Virus record (IMG/VR): IMGVR_UViG_3300031672_000001
Coordinates: 1 to 60,505 of that record
Origin: a virus
Taxonomy: Duplodnaviria; Caudoviricetes
Strand: one strand, 5' to 3'
DNA length: 60,505 nucleotides
In this document: piece by piece, positions 27,556 through 37,690 of the stretch
Numbering within the stretch: position 1 is the stretch's first letter
How the letters are laid out: every line of letters starts with the position of its first letter
Made by a program: the position numbers and the translations under genes
Notes under the pieces: model-generated
Told to the model about the DNA's origin: nothing
Databases searched by the model: none
Seen by the model: the letters and a program-made list of their open reading frames with translations, nothing else

Positions 27556-28374
27556 TTATGGGACGCGCCGCCAGATGTGCCTGGTGACGATCATGCTCAC
27601 AAGCCCATGCGAGACACCGAAGGCTCTCGCCAACTCCGTCTGTATCGCTGGCGTATCGCGGTAAAGTCGGCGCAGCTCGATCACATCAGCCTCCGCGAGC
27701 TTTGCGCTGTGATGTGTCTCTCCACGAGAGCGATTGACTCCCGCGTGGTGACCCCAGAAATCCCCGCGATCCTTCGCCACCATGTCGTCCACGTTGACCT
27801 TCTGCGTCCCGAGGAACAGATGGGATGGACCGTGCTCATCCGCGAAAGCCTTGACGCATGGACGATTGTCACAGTGGTGAAGGGCATTGAGGCCATCGGG
27901 AATAGGCCCGTGCTCCAGCTCCCATGCGAGCCGATGCGCGGGCACGTGGCCACCGTCTCGGCAGGCCGAGCCATAGCCACCGCCAGCCGTACCGCCCGTC
28001 CACACCCAGCACGGTCCTAGCTCCGGTCGGTGCGCCGGGATCGGGCCGTCCTTGTTCACCTTGGGCCAGAAGCTCGCCCCTGGTCCGGGCGGTACGTAGG
28101 CAGCGATAGCGGCATGCACCGCCGGCCACCGCTTAGGCCGCACTCGTTGGATGCCCTTTTCCCAATTGCAGAGCAGGGCGCGCGAGATACCCAAGGTGTC
28201 CGCCAGCACGAAGGGCGGCATCCCCGCTGCTTCGCGCTCCACACGCAGGATCGCCCCATCGGGCAGCGGGTCGGCACGCCTTTCCTTCGTGACCGCCGCC
28301 TTGTAGTGGGTCGCGCATAGACCGCGACCAACGGTGGAACTAGAACACCCTTGATAGCTACATGTCGCGGTCAC
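27556..28374 (-). CDS. HTH plus HNH homing endonuclease
   Basis: XRE HTH; FWPKVNK...CWVWTG...AHRLAW...LHHCDNRPCV...HLFLGTQKVN. Confidence 0.88.
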   Translation of the reverse strand: MTATCSYQGCSSSTVGRGLCATHYKAAVTKERRADPLPDGAILRVEREAAGMPPFVLADTLGISRALLCNWEKGIQRVRPKRWPAVHAAIAAYVPPGPGASFWPKVNKDGPIPAHRPELGPCWVWTGGTAGGGYGSACRDGGHVPAHRLAWELEHGPIPDGLNALHHCDNRPCVKAFADEHGPSHLFLGTQKVNVDDMVAKDRGDFWGHHAGVNRSRGETHHSAKLAEADVIELRRLYRDTPAIQTELARAFGVSHGLVSMIVTRHIWRRVP

Positions 28375-28410
28375 GCGGCCATGTTAGCACACATCCGACG
28401 TTAGCGTTAG

Positions 28411-29406
28411 CTAACAGTAACTTCCCACATCTCCGTTGACCCATTCGCTCGACAGCTCGTTTGAACCTTCGACTGTCGCTGAGAACGTCATCGACTGTTC
28501 GATCACGTCCGAAGCGGCCGGGTCATCCCAAACGCCCATCGGGCGCAAGCCGGGGATCGTGAACTTGACGCTGTAAGGGACATTCGATCCACCGATGAGT
28601 GCCGCTGTCGTCATAGTGATGACGATGCCGCTCGTGAGCTTTTTGTTCTTCGCTTCGATCCAGTCGTTGTAGAACGTGGTGGAAAGAAAGTCCAGGTTCG
28701 TCGTGAGCGTCACTTCACGCCGTGTCGGAACCAGACGAGCAGCGGTCAGTAGACCGTTCGACGAGAACACACGCACCGTTTTGTTGAGTAGCGCGATAGT
28801 CGTGTCCTTGAGTTCCGTGTTGGACAGTCCCTTGTAGCTGAACGCCAGCGTCGAGAAGTCAAACGGCTGGATCGTCGAGTAGGTCGGTACCAAGTCTCCC
28901 GCCGAGGGAGCGCCAGGCGTCGCAGGGGTCGCCTCCTTCTGGAGGATAAGCAGCGCCTCAGCTTCGATCAATGTCTGGTTAGTCGCCTTGATCTGGAAAC
29001 GATCGACGATACCCCCAGAGAACTGGCGGGCCAGAACCTGCTCGCCGGGGATGATGTCGTCATCGAGCTCAACGCTGCACGACGGGCACTGCGCCTGCGG
29101 AGTCAAAGCGTGGTGCGCCGCGCCGGCACTCGACGTGTAGGCGTCAGAGCCCGACCCGAACGCGTACGCGCAGAGGTTCGACCAGACGACTGGGATCAGC
29201 GGCCCGGTCAGGGTGACTTCCGTCTCAAATTTGACGGGCACGTCAGCCCTCTGACCACGATACCCGACGGACTCTTCGGGGCGCGTGACCGCGAGGTTAC
29301 TGTTTGGCTTGGCGATACACGGTACGAATAGGGTTGGTGCGACGAAGGTGCCGAAGACGGCCTCCTTGGCCACCCCAACCACTCTCTCGCTCTGGATCGG
29401 GCTCAT
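28411..29406 (-). CDS. major tail (tube) protein
   Basis: VGVAKEAVFGTFVAPT N-terminus; synteny. Confidence 0.8.
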   Translation of the reverse strand: MSPIQSERVVGVAKEAVFGTFVAPTLFVPCIAKPNSNLAVTRPEESVGYRGQRADVPVKFETEVTLTGPLIPVVWSNLCAYAFGSGSDAYTSSAGAAHHALTPQAQCPSCSVELDDDIIPGEQVLARQFSGGIVDRFQIKATNQTLIEAEALLILQKEATPATPGAPSAGDLVPTYSTIQPFDFSTLAFSYKGLSNTELKDTTIALLNKTVRVFSSNGLLTAARLVPTRREVTLTTNLDFLSTTFYNDWIEAKNKKLTSGIVITMTTAALIGGSNVPYSVKFTIPGLRPMGVWDDPAASDVIEQSMTFSATVEGSNELSSEWVNGDVGSYC

Positions 29407-29410
29407 AGCT

Positions 29411-29602
29411 CTAAGCCTTTCTGTCGGTTTTTGGTCGCCCGGAGGCGTCGGGTTTGTTCTTCTCAACCGGCTCCCAGTCCCTTGCGCGCGCATACTGCGG
29501 CACGAGATGGTCTGGGACGGGGTAGGAGCCGCCCGGTTCGACGTCCCCGACATGAGGACTGAACGCAGGGGCACTCCCTGTGTAGCGGAACTTCACGGAC
29601 AT
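29411..29602 (-). CDS. small neck/tail-associated protein
   Basis: AAAGGA RBS; typical small gene before a major tail gene. Confidence 0.6.
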   Translation of the reverse strand: MSVKFRYTGSAPAFSPHVGDVEPGGSYPVPDHLVPQYARARDWEPVEKNKPDASGRPKTDRKA

Positions 29603-29616
29603 GGGAGTCCTTTCTG

Positions 29617-30177
29617 TTAGCGGCGGCGGCGCTGCTGTGCTTGGAGAGTGATGCGCAATGCCCTATAGACATCGCTTTCGATCGTCTGGAGCACGTAGGT
29701 CGTCTCGACGATCGTGGTCGTTATGACCTCGCCCCCGAGGGTGATGTTTTCTCGCAGCGCTATTCTGATCCGGTCCTGTAGCTCCATCGCCGCTCTGTAG
29801 CCCGGCTGCTCAAAGTAGGGTGGTTGAGTCCCGAGCGAATGCTTGGAGAGTGGAGAAGATTCCGGCGGAGCGGCTTCGATCGGCTGAAGGTGAGCGTGGG
29901 GTTGTACAGCGACAGTAATCGGTACGAGCATCGCGTGATCGTCGAGTCCATGCGATCCGCCAGGCAAGCCGCCCGTCGATCCCTGAGCCGTCATCCAAGG
30001 GATATTGTCGTTGCGTGGCGCGATGTAGCCGAACGGAGTCTGTTGTGGTGCGCCCATCCCAACATCCCCGATGATCCATGCCACTTCGCTCGTGTGTTCG
30101 TTCGTGGCGAGCATGTACGCCAGCATGTCGAGAAACTCTTCGAAGCTCGGCGTGCCCGAAGGTGCGGGTAGGGTCAT
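29617..30177 (-). CDS. tail terminator-like protein
   Basis: synteny; IALRENITLGG motif. Confidence 0.55.
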   Translation of the reverse strand: MTLPAPSGTPSFEEFLDMLAYMLATNEHTSEVAWIIGDVGMGAPQQTPFGYIAPRNDNIPWMTAQGSTGGLPGGSHGLDDHAMLVPITVAVQPHAHLQPIEAAPPESSPLSKHSLGTQPPYFEQPGYRAAMELQDRIRIALRENITLGGEVITTTIVETTYVLQTIESDVYRALRITLQAQQRRRR

Positions 30178-30743
30178 TACAGGCCTTTCATCAAGATCTG
30201 GCCCACTGCATGCACCATCTCCTCAGCCGGCGGCCAGATAGGCCGGCCCGGTAGATGCTCGCTGCCTTCGGAAAGCACTACTGGGATCTGCCAGCCATCG
30301 TTCTCCCAGTCCACGAGCATCACGACCTGGTGGTAGTTCCCCGAACCACCGACAGCGATCGCTGTAGATTTCATCGGTGGAATCGGCCCGCTCACACCAG
30401 CAGTACCGATCGTAGGGTTGCCGATCATCGGATGTGTGGCGGCATGTACGAACAAGCGCTCGGAATAAGGGCCGTTCGGGGACGTGGCGGACTCGTAAAG
30501 GTTGCCTTCGGCGTAGAGCACGCGGGCTGCTTCGGGGTACCCCTGTGATTCCTTCTTGGCGACCGTGGACTCAGAAAGCGCTGGCCAGGACCCATCGCCC
30601 TCGGTATCGAAACGATGCGCGGTCTGCATGTAGATGTAATCCGATGCTTGCTCCAGTCGGACGTCGATCTGCTCTATGTGCCTAGCGTGCAGCTCGAGGG
30701 CGGCAACCATCTGAGTAGCGCCCGTGCTCTTGAGTCCGAACAT
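30177..30743 (-). CDS. virion morphogenesis/tail completion protein
   Basis: RFDTEG..WPALSEST..KK...LPGRPI. Confidence 0.75.
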   Translation of the reverse strand: MFGLKSTGATQMVAALELHARHIEQIDVRLEQASDYIYMQTAHRFDTEGDGSWPALSESTVAKKESQGYPEAARVLYAEGNLYESATSPNGPYSERLFVHAATHPMIGNPTIGTAGVSGPIPPMKSTAIAVGGSGNYHQVVMLVDWENDGWQIPVVLSEGSEHLPGRPIWPPAEEMVHAVGQILMKGL

Positions 30744-30755
30744 GGAGACCTCCTG

Positions 30756-31091
30756 TCACTCGCGCTCACTCACGTAAAACGCACGATGTTGTAATCCGAT
30801 GGCGAATCGGCGACGTCCGTTCACGACATAGACGATGGCCGTGTTGTCACCCATCTGGTCAGTGCGAGTGCCGGTGCGCAGCTCGTCTTCCTTGAGCAGT
30901 TCCAGCCATCTCGGAACCCACACCACATGCGTGGATTCAAGGCTGAATGCTTGCATCCGGTCGAAGCTCGACACCGGCACGATCTGGCACGGGATGTCCG
31001 CGAACACCTGCTGCTTGGAGCGCACGTTGACGCCCTTGGAGGGTTCCGCAACCGAACGGTAGATCGAGGCGCGTGCGGTCAGTGGAAGCAC
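30756..31091 (-). CDS. head closure protein
   Basis: size, beta-rich pattern, synteny. Confidence 0.55.
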   Translation of the reverse strand: MLPLTARASIYRSVAEPSKGVNVRSKQQVFADIPCQIVPVSSFDRMQAFSLESTHVVWVPRWLELLKEDELRTGTRTDQMGDNTAIVYVVNGRRRFAIGLQHRAFYVSERE

Positions 31092-31093
31092 GG

Positions 31094-31390
31094 CTAGCCC
31101 ACGTTCAGCGAGGCGAGCTTGCCGGAGCGTTCAAGGAAGCCGAGGGCCGCGTTGAGGCGGTCCACGGCCCCTTCGCCCCACGTACTGTTCGCCCACTGCA
31201 CGAGAGCGTCCCGCGTGGCATAAGGGTTCGCTTGGACGTACGTGTAGAGACTGCTTGAGTCCGCGAGAATGCTGGCGGCCACATCCGGCGTCAGGCCCAA
31301 TTCGGCGAGCTGAGCATCGGTCAGGAACGCTTGTGCGCCTTCCGAACCCGGGGGGACCGGCGGCGGCTTAGGTGGCTTCTTTGCTGCCAT
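31094..31390 (-). CDS. hypothetical protein
   Basis: 98-aa ORF within the operon. Confidence 0.6.
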   Translation of the reverse strand: MAAKKPPKPPPVPPGSEGAQAFLTDAQLAELGLTPDVAASILADSSSLYTYVQANPYATRDALVQWANSTWGEGAVDRLNAALGFLERSGKLASLNVG

Positions 31391-31868
31391 TTGGCTTCCT
31401 CGCTTCCGCTAGTACGCCGCCGCCCTCGTGACTAGAGCGGATGTCGATGACCTCCAAGCCGGCAGCCTCGATGATCGGTCGCATCTCCGATAGCGTGAAC
31501 GCAGCACGGTGAACATCGGCGTGATAGGACTGTGATCCGCACAAGCGCTCCGAGCATTCGGCCCAGGTGTTCTTTCCGGATTCGTAGTCCGCCAAGATCC
31601 CGCGCACATCCGGCACAATCACCGTGAGCTTCCCTCCGGGTGTCAGGATGCGTGCCCACTCCGTCAACGTCTCGTGGGTCTTGAGGACGTGCTCTAGGAC
31701 GTTGCAGGCGTAGATCTCCTCGAAACAGTCTGCGGGTAGGCCGGTGAGGCGCATGTCGCACTGGTGCGTGGTTGGGTTCCCGCGCTCTGACCAGTCGTTG
31801 ATGTCGAGTTGCTCCCAGTCGGGGTGCGCGGGGGACGGCCCTCCGCCGATCTCTAGGCGCCTTACCAT
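31368..31868 (-). CDS. class I SAM-dependent methyltransferase (type 11-like)
   Basis: LEIGGG...NVLEHV...EWARILTPGGKLTVIVPD. Confidence 0.88.
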   Translation of the reverse strand: MVRRLEIGGGPSPAHPDWEQLDINDWSERGNPTTHQCDMRLTGLPADCFEEIYACNVLEHVLKTHETLTEWARILTPGGKLTVIVPDVRGILADYESGKNTWAECSERLCGSQSYHADVHRAAFTLSEMRPIIEAAGLEVIDIRSSHEGGGVLAEARKPNGSKEAT

Positions 31869-32443
31869 GTCGCGGGCTCGTAGCCGTAATCGTGAAGGTG
31901 CCACTCGCGGAGCTGCGCGACGCGCTGGGCGTCAGGCTCCTTCTCCTGTGCATGGACCACAAGCGAATCGTCTATGCGGGCGAAAGCGCCTCCTAGGCGC
32001 TGAACGCGCTCGGGTAGCTCGCAATCCTGAAGCCAGTGCTGGTAGCGCTCATCGTAACCGTAGCCACCGATGCGTTCGTAGCCGGCGCGCGAGAATGCGT
32101 AGCACCAGGGGTTGAGTGCCCAGTTAGTTCCTGCCGGGTCGGTAGCCGACACGACCCAGTAGTCCTTCTCCGCGTCGGCGAGCGCGCTCAGTAGGGGCGG
32201 CAGCCAGTCGCCCTGTACGACCGCATCATCGTGAAGCACGACTAGGACATTCGCCTCGGCGCTCCTGAGGCCGCGGTTGACCCCCCATGTAGACCCGCGT
32301 GATCGCGCGCCGTTGTCGATTACGAGCAGCTCGTAGTCGATGCCAACGGTATGGGCATGGACGGCTTCGAGGCACCGCGTTAGAAGGTTGAGGCGAGGCC
32401 ACGTCGGCACGACGATGGATACCTCGGGCGTGGCCTCGCCCAC
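31862..32443 (-). CDS. GT2 glycosyltransferase
   Basis: VSIVVPTW...LVIDNG...NRGL...LHDD; GGAGG before GTG 32443. Confidence 0.85.
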   Translation of the reverse strand: MGEATPEVSIVVPTWPRLNLLTRCLEAVHAHTVGIDYELLVIDNGARSRGSTWGVNRGLRSAEANVLVVLHDDAVVQGDWLPPLLSALADAEKDYWVVSATDPAGTNWALNPWCYAFSRAGYERIGGYGYDERYQHWLQDCELPERVQRLGGAFARIDDSLVVHAQEKEPDAQRVAQLREWHLHDYGYEPATW

Positions 32444-32524
32444 TCGCTCAGCCTCCAGCCACAGAGGCGATGCCAGCAAAGACGCATGGCAGGAGGACGA
32501 AGGTGGCGATGCGCTTGAGGCGAC

Positions 32525-33427
32525 TCATACGGTGATCCTTTCTCTAGGTGGATGCTGCGTAAGCACTGCGGCATATCGCTCCAGGTGCAGCTCCGCGACC
32601 CGATCCCAGGAGCACTCCTCAACGAACGGTGGCGATAGGCTTTGCACCATCGAACGCTCCAATGCCGCGATGTCCGAGAGCTTGTGGACACCGTAGCCAG
32701 ATGGGATCTCACGGAACCATGTCGTGTCGGACAGGAAGACTGGTCTGCGGGTAGCGATCGCTGTGCGCGCCGCCTGGCTCGACCCGGCGGAGTCCACGTC
32801 GTCATACCAAAGGACGATCGCGTCGGCTTCGCGGAGCCATTCGTGCAGCTCACTCTGGGTCAACCATCGTCTGTCGCCGAAGCTCGCCTCGAACTTCCAG
32901 CCGTGGCGGTCGCAGATGGCGCAGATGACATCCTCGCGGCTGCGTCCGAGGCCGAACGTGCGCACCAGCGGCGGCACGTCCTCGACACCGAACGGGATCA
33001 CATCCCCGCCGGTACCAGTGTCGGCACGGTGACGGAACTGCAAATCCCACGGGCCAGGCATGTCGGGCGGAATGCACGAGTCGTGATAGGTGATCGCCGA
33101 GACGCCACCGTGACCGTTGAGGAGCCGTTGTAGACGCTGACGGTGGTAGAGCACAACCTCGTACTGACAGTGGATCACGTCGAGGCCAAGCCCTAGGATC
33201 GCCTCAGCGTCAAGCTCGCGGTGTCCATATCGGTTCCACATCTCGACATCGAAGCACGGCAGGACTTGAAGGTCTGTCGGGTCTTCGACCACTTGGCGCT
33301 CGTCATAGTTGCGCGACGCGAGGACCGTCACGTCAGCGCCAGCGCGTGCTAGGGCGTGGGCGAGATGACGGCTATAAGTGGCGATCCCACATTGCGTATC
33401 GAACGTCGTTAGCAGCCCGATCTTCAT
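32525..33427 (-). CDS. GT-B (GT4-like) glycosyltransferase
   Basis: CGIATYSRHL...ADAIVLWY...GSSQAARTAIATRRPV...SWDRVAELH. Confidence 0.85.
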   Translation of the reverse strand: MKIGLLTTFDTQCGIATYSRHLAHALARAGADVTVLASRNYDERQVVEDPTDLQVLPCFDVEMWNRYGHRELDAEAILGLGLDVIHCQYEVVLYHRQRLQRLLNGHGGVSAITYHDSCIPPDMPGPWDLQFRHRADTGTGGDVIPFGVEDVPPLVRTFGLGRSREDVICAICDRHGWKFEASFGDRRWLTQSELHEWLREADAIVLWYDDVDSAGSSQAARTAIATRRPVFLSDTTWFREIPSGYGVHKLSDIAALERSMVQSLSPPFVEECSWDRVAELHLERYAAVLTQHPPRERITV

Positions 33428-34023
33428 GTCGCCATCCTGTGCTTATCCTCCTCCGCGCTCACCCCCCACTTCTGGCGGTAGCGCTCCAAGTCTTCCGAGC
33501 AGACAGACCCGAGCTCGGGGTGTTCGCCGGTTGTCGCGTTGAGCTCGTGGACGATCGGGACGGGCAACATGACCTTGATTGGCGGGTGCCCAGCCTCGAT
33601 GAGCCGGCGGGCAAGGTCGATGTCTGACGCCCACAAGACGAACTGCTCATCGAACCCACCCAACTCCTCGAAGGCGTCGCGGCGCAGAAGCAGGCAGTAA
33701 GGAGCGAACACCTGCGGGCCGTCCGTGTGCGTCATGTCCGGCGTGCAGGCCCAGATGCCGGCCCTCGCCTGCTCAAGCAGTGGCTCGATCCAACCTTCAG
33801 CGACCTCGATGTCATCGTTGAGGGCCAGTAGAAACTTGCCTCGGGCAGCGCGTAGGGCTTGGTTCATTGGTGTGGTGTAGCCCCTCGCCTCGCTGCCCGA
33901 GTCAACTATTACGACCTCGTAGTTCACGGGTGTGTGCGCCTCGATCGAGCGCAGCAGCCGCGTTAGACGGTCGTATCCCCGCAGAGTGGCTATTCCGATT
34001 GACAGGTCAGGCGGCGAGAGCAA
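33424..34023 (-). CDS. GT2 glycosyltransferase
   Basis: VVIVDSGS...NQALRAARG...LNDD...GGFDEQF...DIDL. Confidence 0.88.
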   Translation of the reverse strand: MLSPPDLSIGIATLRGYDRLTRLLRSIEAHTPVNYEVVIVDSGSEARGYTTPMNQALRAARGKFLLALNDDIEVAEGWIEPLLEQARAGIWACTPDMTHTDGPQVFAPYCLLLRRDAFEELGGFDEQFVLWASDIDLARRLIEAGHPPIKVMLPVPIVHELNATTGEHPELGSVCSEDLERYRQKWGVSAEEDKHRMAT

Positions 34024-36103
34024 CAGACCCACCCGACAGCACCTCATCACGGCAAATCACTAGCGGGTTCCAGTCGCAGTCGCGCTCGATCTTGGCGGCT
34101 ATCTCCTCGCGCCAGTTCCAGGCATTTATGAGGATCACGTCAGGCTGCTCGACCGACAAGTGCTCCGGCGCGAAGATCGGGATGCGTGCGCCCGGCAGAT
34201 ACTTGCCCTGCTTGGAGGGCGTAGAGTCAACGATGAACTCGATCGTCTCGGGACCGATGCCGCAGTTGTGAGTGACGATCCCATCGCCCACATAAGTATG
34301 ATCGTCAGCCACCACAAGCGAATAGATGATCCCCTCGTAGTGCTCGCGCGACACACTACACGGGGTCCAGTTCGAGTACGCCGCGCGCGTCCGTTCATCG
34401 CAATGAGAGTCTGGGAGCAACACCTGCATGCCGCTACGCAAGTTGGCTGCGGCAGTCGTAACTCTGACGTGGTGGCGACCCCACGTACGGTCAGCATTAC
34501 GAAGAAAGGGGGCATCCATAAGGAGAGCGTGCGCATCAAGGCATTCCCTCGCGCGATGGCTGTTTTCCCCGATCTCTCTCCAGAACCGATCTAGCGGCAG
34601 GCCCGTCGATCGCGAGCCATGATTGATAAAGAGGGCATCGGGGAGTCCGAATCTCGCTGCAACCAGAGCCTCCGCGACCAGCGCTTCGGCCTTTGTGGCA
34701 TGCACTGATAGAACCCAAATCTCGTCAGCCTCCTGCTGATCCAAGCGGCGCAACGGCCCGTTCCCAGTCTTACCAAGGCGCCAAAGGCACTGCCCCACGC
34801 GGTACTGGTCATTGCGTCGCATGAGATAGACGACGTACTCGCCTTCATCTAGGGACTGACCGAGGACTACAATGCACTCGTGGTTCGGCGCGTAGCGGCT
34901 GCGATACTCCCCGGCTTCGACGACCACAAGATCGCCATTGTGTGTACGCGTCTTGATGTCGTCGATAGGCTTTCCACGGAGCGTTAGACCCCGATCCTGC
35001 TCGCCCCGCACGGAAGTTTTAAGTGGACGCCACGTAACAACGCGGTCACCAACGGCCAAATCCTCGATGGCGACCTCTTGCCACTCCATCTTTGGTCGTC
35101 CGCCACGCATGCCCTTCTTGGACGGCTCCCGAGGAACCCTGACCATCGTCCCCGCTGGCTGACAGTAGGACAGGAACGTAGTCGCCTTGGCTGGCGCGCC
35201 GTAGCCTGCGATGCGCTTGCCTTCGTGGCGCAGCGCGGTCAGTAGCTCCAACATCCGCTGCTTGAGCTGCGCAGGCTTGTCGGCATAGGCATGGTGGTAG
35301 TCGAGTGTGCAACCCGTCTCGCCGACGCCTACCTGGAACTTACCCGGATGGCCCGCGTAGACGCGCCAAGAGCCACCATGGACCGGCAACGCTTCGGATT
35401 GGAAGGCGTGCAGCCCACGGCGCTGCAACGCATCACTGAGCGTGTTCAGCGTGAAGTACGAGAAGTGCTCGTGATAGATCGTGTCGAACTGGTTGTGCTC
35501 GATCAGGTTGACGAGCGACGGGACCTCGATCGACACGACACCGTCCGGTGCTAGGACCGTCTTGATCCCGTTGAGGAAGTCGTCGAGGTCCGGGACGTGC
35601 GCGAGCACGTTGTTCGCCACGATCATGTCAGCTTGGTAGCCACCGGCGACCAGTTCGTCCGCCAGCTCCGACGTGAAGAATCGGTCGATCGTCGGTAGAC
35701 CTTCCAGCAGTGCTTGACGGGCTACGTTGCGAGCCGGCTCGACGCCGCAGACCGTCACGTCCCAACGATGGAAGGCTCGCAGCATCGTCCCATCGTTTGA
35801 GGCGATCTCAAGGACTCGCTCTGGCTGGAAGCGCTGGACAGCCTTCGTGGCGAACTCGTCGCAGTGCTTGACCCACGTCTGTGACTGGCCCGAGAAGAAA
35901 GCGTAGTCGCCGAAGATCTGCTCGGGCGTCTGAAAGACAGGTAGTTGTACGAGCAAGCACTCCTCGCAGATGTACGGTCGCAGCGGATAGTGCGGTTCGG
36001 GCTCGTCGAGCTGGTCTGTACGTACGTAGGCGTTCGACAATGGCGACGTGCCGAGATCCACGAACACTCGCGTCAACTCTGCTTGACAGTTACGACACGT
36101 CAT
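34007..36103 (-). CDS. NDP-sugar C-methyltransferase (Zn-finger N-terminus) containing an intein
   Basis: CRNC...DLGTSPLSN...CEECLLVQL, LEIASNDG, NNVLAHV, FDTIYHEH, HGGS, GYGAPAK, KQGKYLPG, AWN. Confidence 0.92.
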   Translation of the reverse strand: MTCRNCQAELTRVFVDLGTSPLSNAYVRTDQLDEPEPHYPLRPYICEECLLVQLPVFQTPEQIFGDYAFFSGQSQTWVKHCDEFATKAVQRFQPERVLEIASNDGTMLRAFHRWDVTVCGVEPARNVARQALLEGLPTIDRFFTSELADELVAGGYQADMIVANNVLAHVPDLDDFLNGIKTVLAPDGVVSIEVPSLVNLIEHNQFDTIYHEHFSYFTLNTLSDALQRRGLHAFQSEALPVHGGSWRVYAGHPGKFQVGVGETGCTLDYHHAYADKPAQLKQRMLELLTALRHEGKRIAGYGAPAKATTFLSYCQPAGTMVRVPREPSKKGMRGGRPKMEWQEVAIEDLAVGDRVVTWRPLKTSVRGEQDRGLTLRGKPIDDIKTRTHNGDLVVVEAGEYRSRYAPNHECIVVLGQSLDEGEYVVYLMRRNDQYRVGQCLWRLGKTGNGPLRRLDQQEADEIWVLSVHATKAEALVAEALVAARFGLPDALFINHGSRSTGLPLDRFWREIGENSHRARECLDAHALLMDAPFLRNADRTWGRHHVRVTTAAANLRSGMQVLLPDSHCDERTRAAYSNWTPCSVSREHYEGIIYSLVVADDHTYVGDGIVTHNCGIGPETIEFIVDSTPSKQGKYLPGARIPIFAPEHLSVEQPDVILINAWNWREEIAAKIERDCDWNPLVICRDEVLSGGSVALAA
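34265..35164 (-). mobile_element. intein (300 aa)
   Basis: begins CQPAGT, ends HTYVGDGIVTHN, +1 residue is Cys; removal restores TFLSY-CGI. Confidence 0.92.
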
Positions 36104-36353
36104 CGCTATCCATCCGCGACTCGATGTTGTACGTCCCGTCCTCGGGATCGCGCTCGACCCACAGGGAAATGTCATCGCCGTTCTCGATCTCAAGCGTCAT
36201 CACTCCGACCTCCCGTAGCTCTGCGATCACCGTCTCGCGCAACTGGTCCTGTTCGGCGTAGATCTCATGCTCACGGTCCGCGAGTTTATGCAGCTCGCAG
36301 AGCAGGTCGGCGTAGCGAGCGATGTCGCCTATCGCTGCGGACCGTTCGGCCAT
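36090..36353 (-). CDS. acidic hypothetical protein
   Basis: coupled ORF MAERSAAIGD... Confidence 0.55.
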   Translation of the reverse strand: MAERSAAIGDIARYADLLCELHKLADREHEIYAEQDQLRETVIAELREVGVMTLEIENGDDISLWVERDPEDGTYNIESRMDSDDVS

Positions 36354-37690
36354 CACACGGGTGGATCGTAGGTTCCCCACTTCCCGAAATAATACTCTGC
36401 ATTCCGGATGCCTGCGGTGTCCGGTCCGGTGCGACGTGATCGGGTGCTCATTCCTTGGTGGAAGACCTGGGACCGTGGAGTGATTACAACGCGATAGCCA
36501 GCGTTGAGGACGCGCCTGTTGAAATCCCAGTCCTCCCGCCCGCCTATTTCCACGAAGCCCTCGTCGAACAGTCCGATCTCCCGTAGGACGCTCGCCCGGA
36601 CAAGGTATGCCTGCTCGTGTCCGTCAATCATCGTCTCGGGGATTGTGTCGCGCGTGTTCGCCGCGCAGACCTTCCCGACCGTCGGCCAACAGCGCAGCTC
36701 GTGCAGCAAGCCTTTGAGCCACTCGGGATCGTTGAAGCGCATGTCCGGGTGAATCCACCCGACGTACTCGCAACCGTCAGCAAGGGCCTCGCGGAACATC
36801 CGGTTGAGCGACTCCGTGAGCGACAGGGTTGGTCCCGGCGCGTTTAGTCGGTAGATGCGGAACTCGCCCCCCGTCTGCTTCAGCGTCGCCAGCATCGCCT
36901 CGACCTGCTCCTCATCGCCGGGCATCGTCAGCAGCACCAGTCCGACCTTTGGTGGCTCGGGTTCTGACTCGCCCTGCAACGCCACCGGACAGACCGGGTA
37001 GTCCTCGATCAAGTCCGCCACGGCTGGCGGATAGTCCAGCGTGAAGCGTGTGGCCACGCTCACCCGGTCGTCGATGATGTGCTCGGGGTTCTGACCCGCA
37101 TAGTGCTCGGGTTCGCCTTCGATCTCGCTGTAGCGCCGCCAACGCTCGAAGACATTGGGCTGCGGACGGAGGTAGGAGAAATGAAGATATCTGTAGTCGG
37201 CGACCACGGGATTGCGTCGAGTCGTGTGCAGCTGCTCATGGACCTTGCCGACGAACTGCGTGTCTGGGTACTTGCGGAAGACGATCTCGCGTGGGTAGAC
37301 CGCTTGCACGGCATCGCGGTAGCACACGAAGTGATGGAAGGCGGCTGTGATCGAGTCGGCACCGTTGGCTAAGTAGTAGCCACAGATGTCGCGCCACTCC
37401 GGGAAGTGGACTTCATCGCCGTCGAGAATCATCACGAAGTCGCCGTCGGGGACCCACTCCAAGCCCTTATTACGCGCTGCCGCGAAGTCAAGACCGGGCT
37501 CTGGCATCGTGCTCGTGAGCAGTTTCTTCTCAGGGACCACCGATCGTACGATCGCCATGTTGCGAGCCGAACCCTCGGTATCAGGCGCGGTCTCGACGAT
37601 CACGAAGTAGTCGCACCATCCGACGGACTTGAGTGCTGCTTCGAGGAACGGCTCATCGAGATCGCTCAGTAGGACTTGTGCGCCGATCAT
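36353..37690 (-). CDS. tandem GT2-GT2 glycosyltransferase
   Basis: domain 1 DFAAARN...LDGDE...VHE; domain 2 HPD...IGLFDEGF...EDWDF. Confidence 0.88.
   Translation of the reverse strand: MIGAQVLLSDLDEPFLEAALKSVGWCDYFVIVETAPDTEGSARNMAIVRSVVPEKKLLTSTMPEPGLDFAAARNKGLEWVPDGDFVMILDGDEVHFPEWRDICGYYLANGADSITAAFHHFVCYRDAVQAVYPREIVFRKYPDTQFVGKVHEQLHTTRRNPVVADYRYLHFSYLRPQPNVFERWRRYSEIEGEPEHYAGQNPEHIIDDRVSVATRFTLDYPPAVADLIEDYPVCPVALQGESEPEPPKVGLVLLTMPGDEEQVEAMLATLKQTGGEFRIYRLNAPGPTLSLTESLNRMFREALADGCEYVGWIHPDMRFNDPEWLKGLLHELRCWPTVGKVCAANTRDTIPETMIDGHEQAYLVRASVLREIGLFDEGFVEIGGREDWDFNRRVLNAGYRVVITPRSQVFHQGMSTRSRRTGPDTAGIRNAEYYFGKWGTYDPPV

Noticed and set aside
27540-28410. Group I intron around the HNH gene
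   Set aside because: The flanking genes are intact and the intergenic space is too short for a ribozyme core
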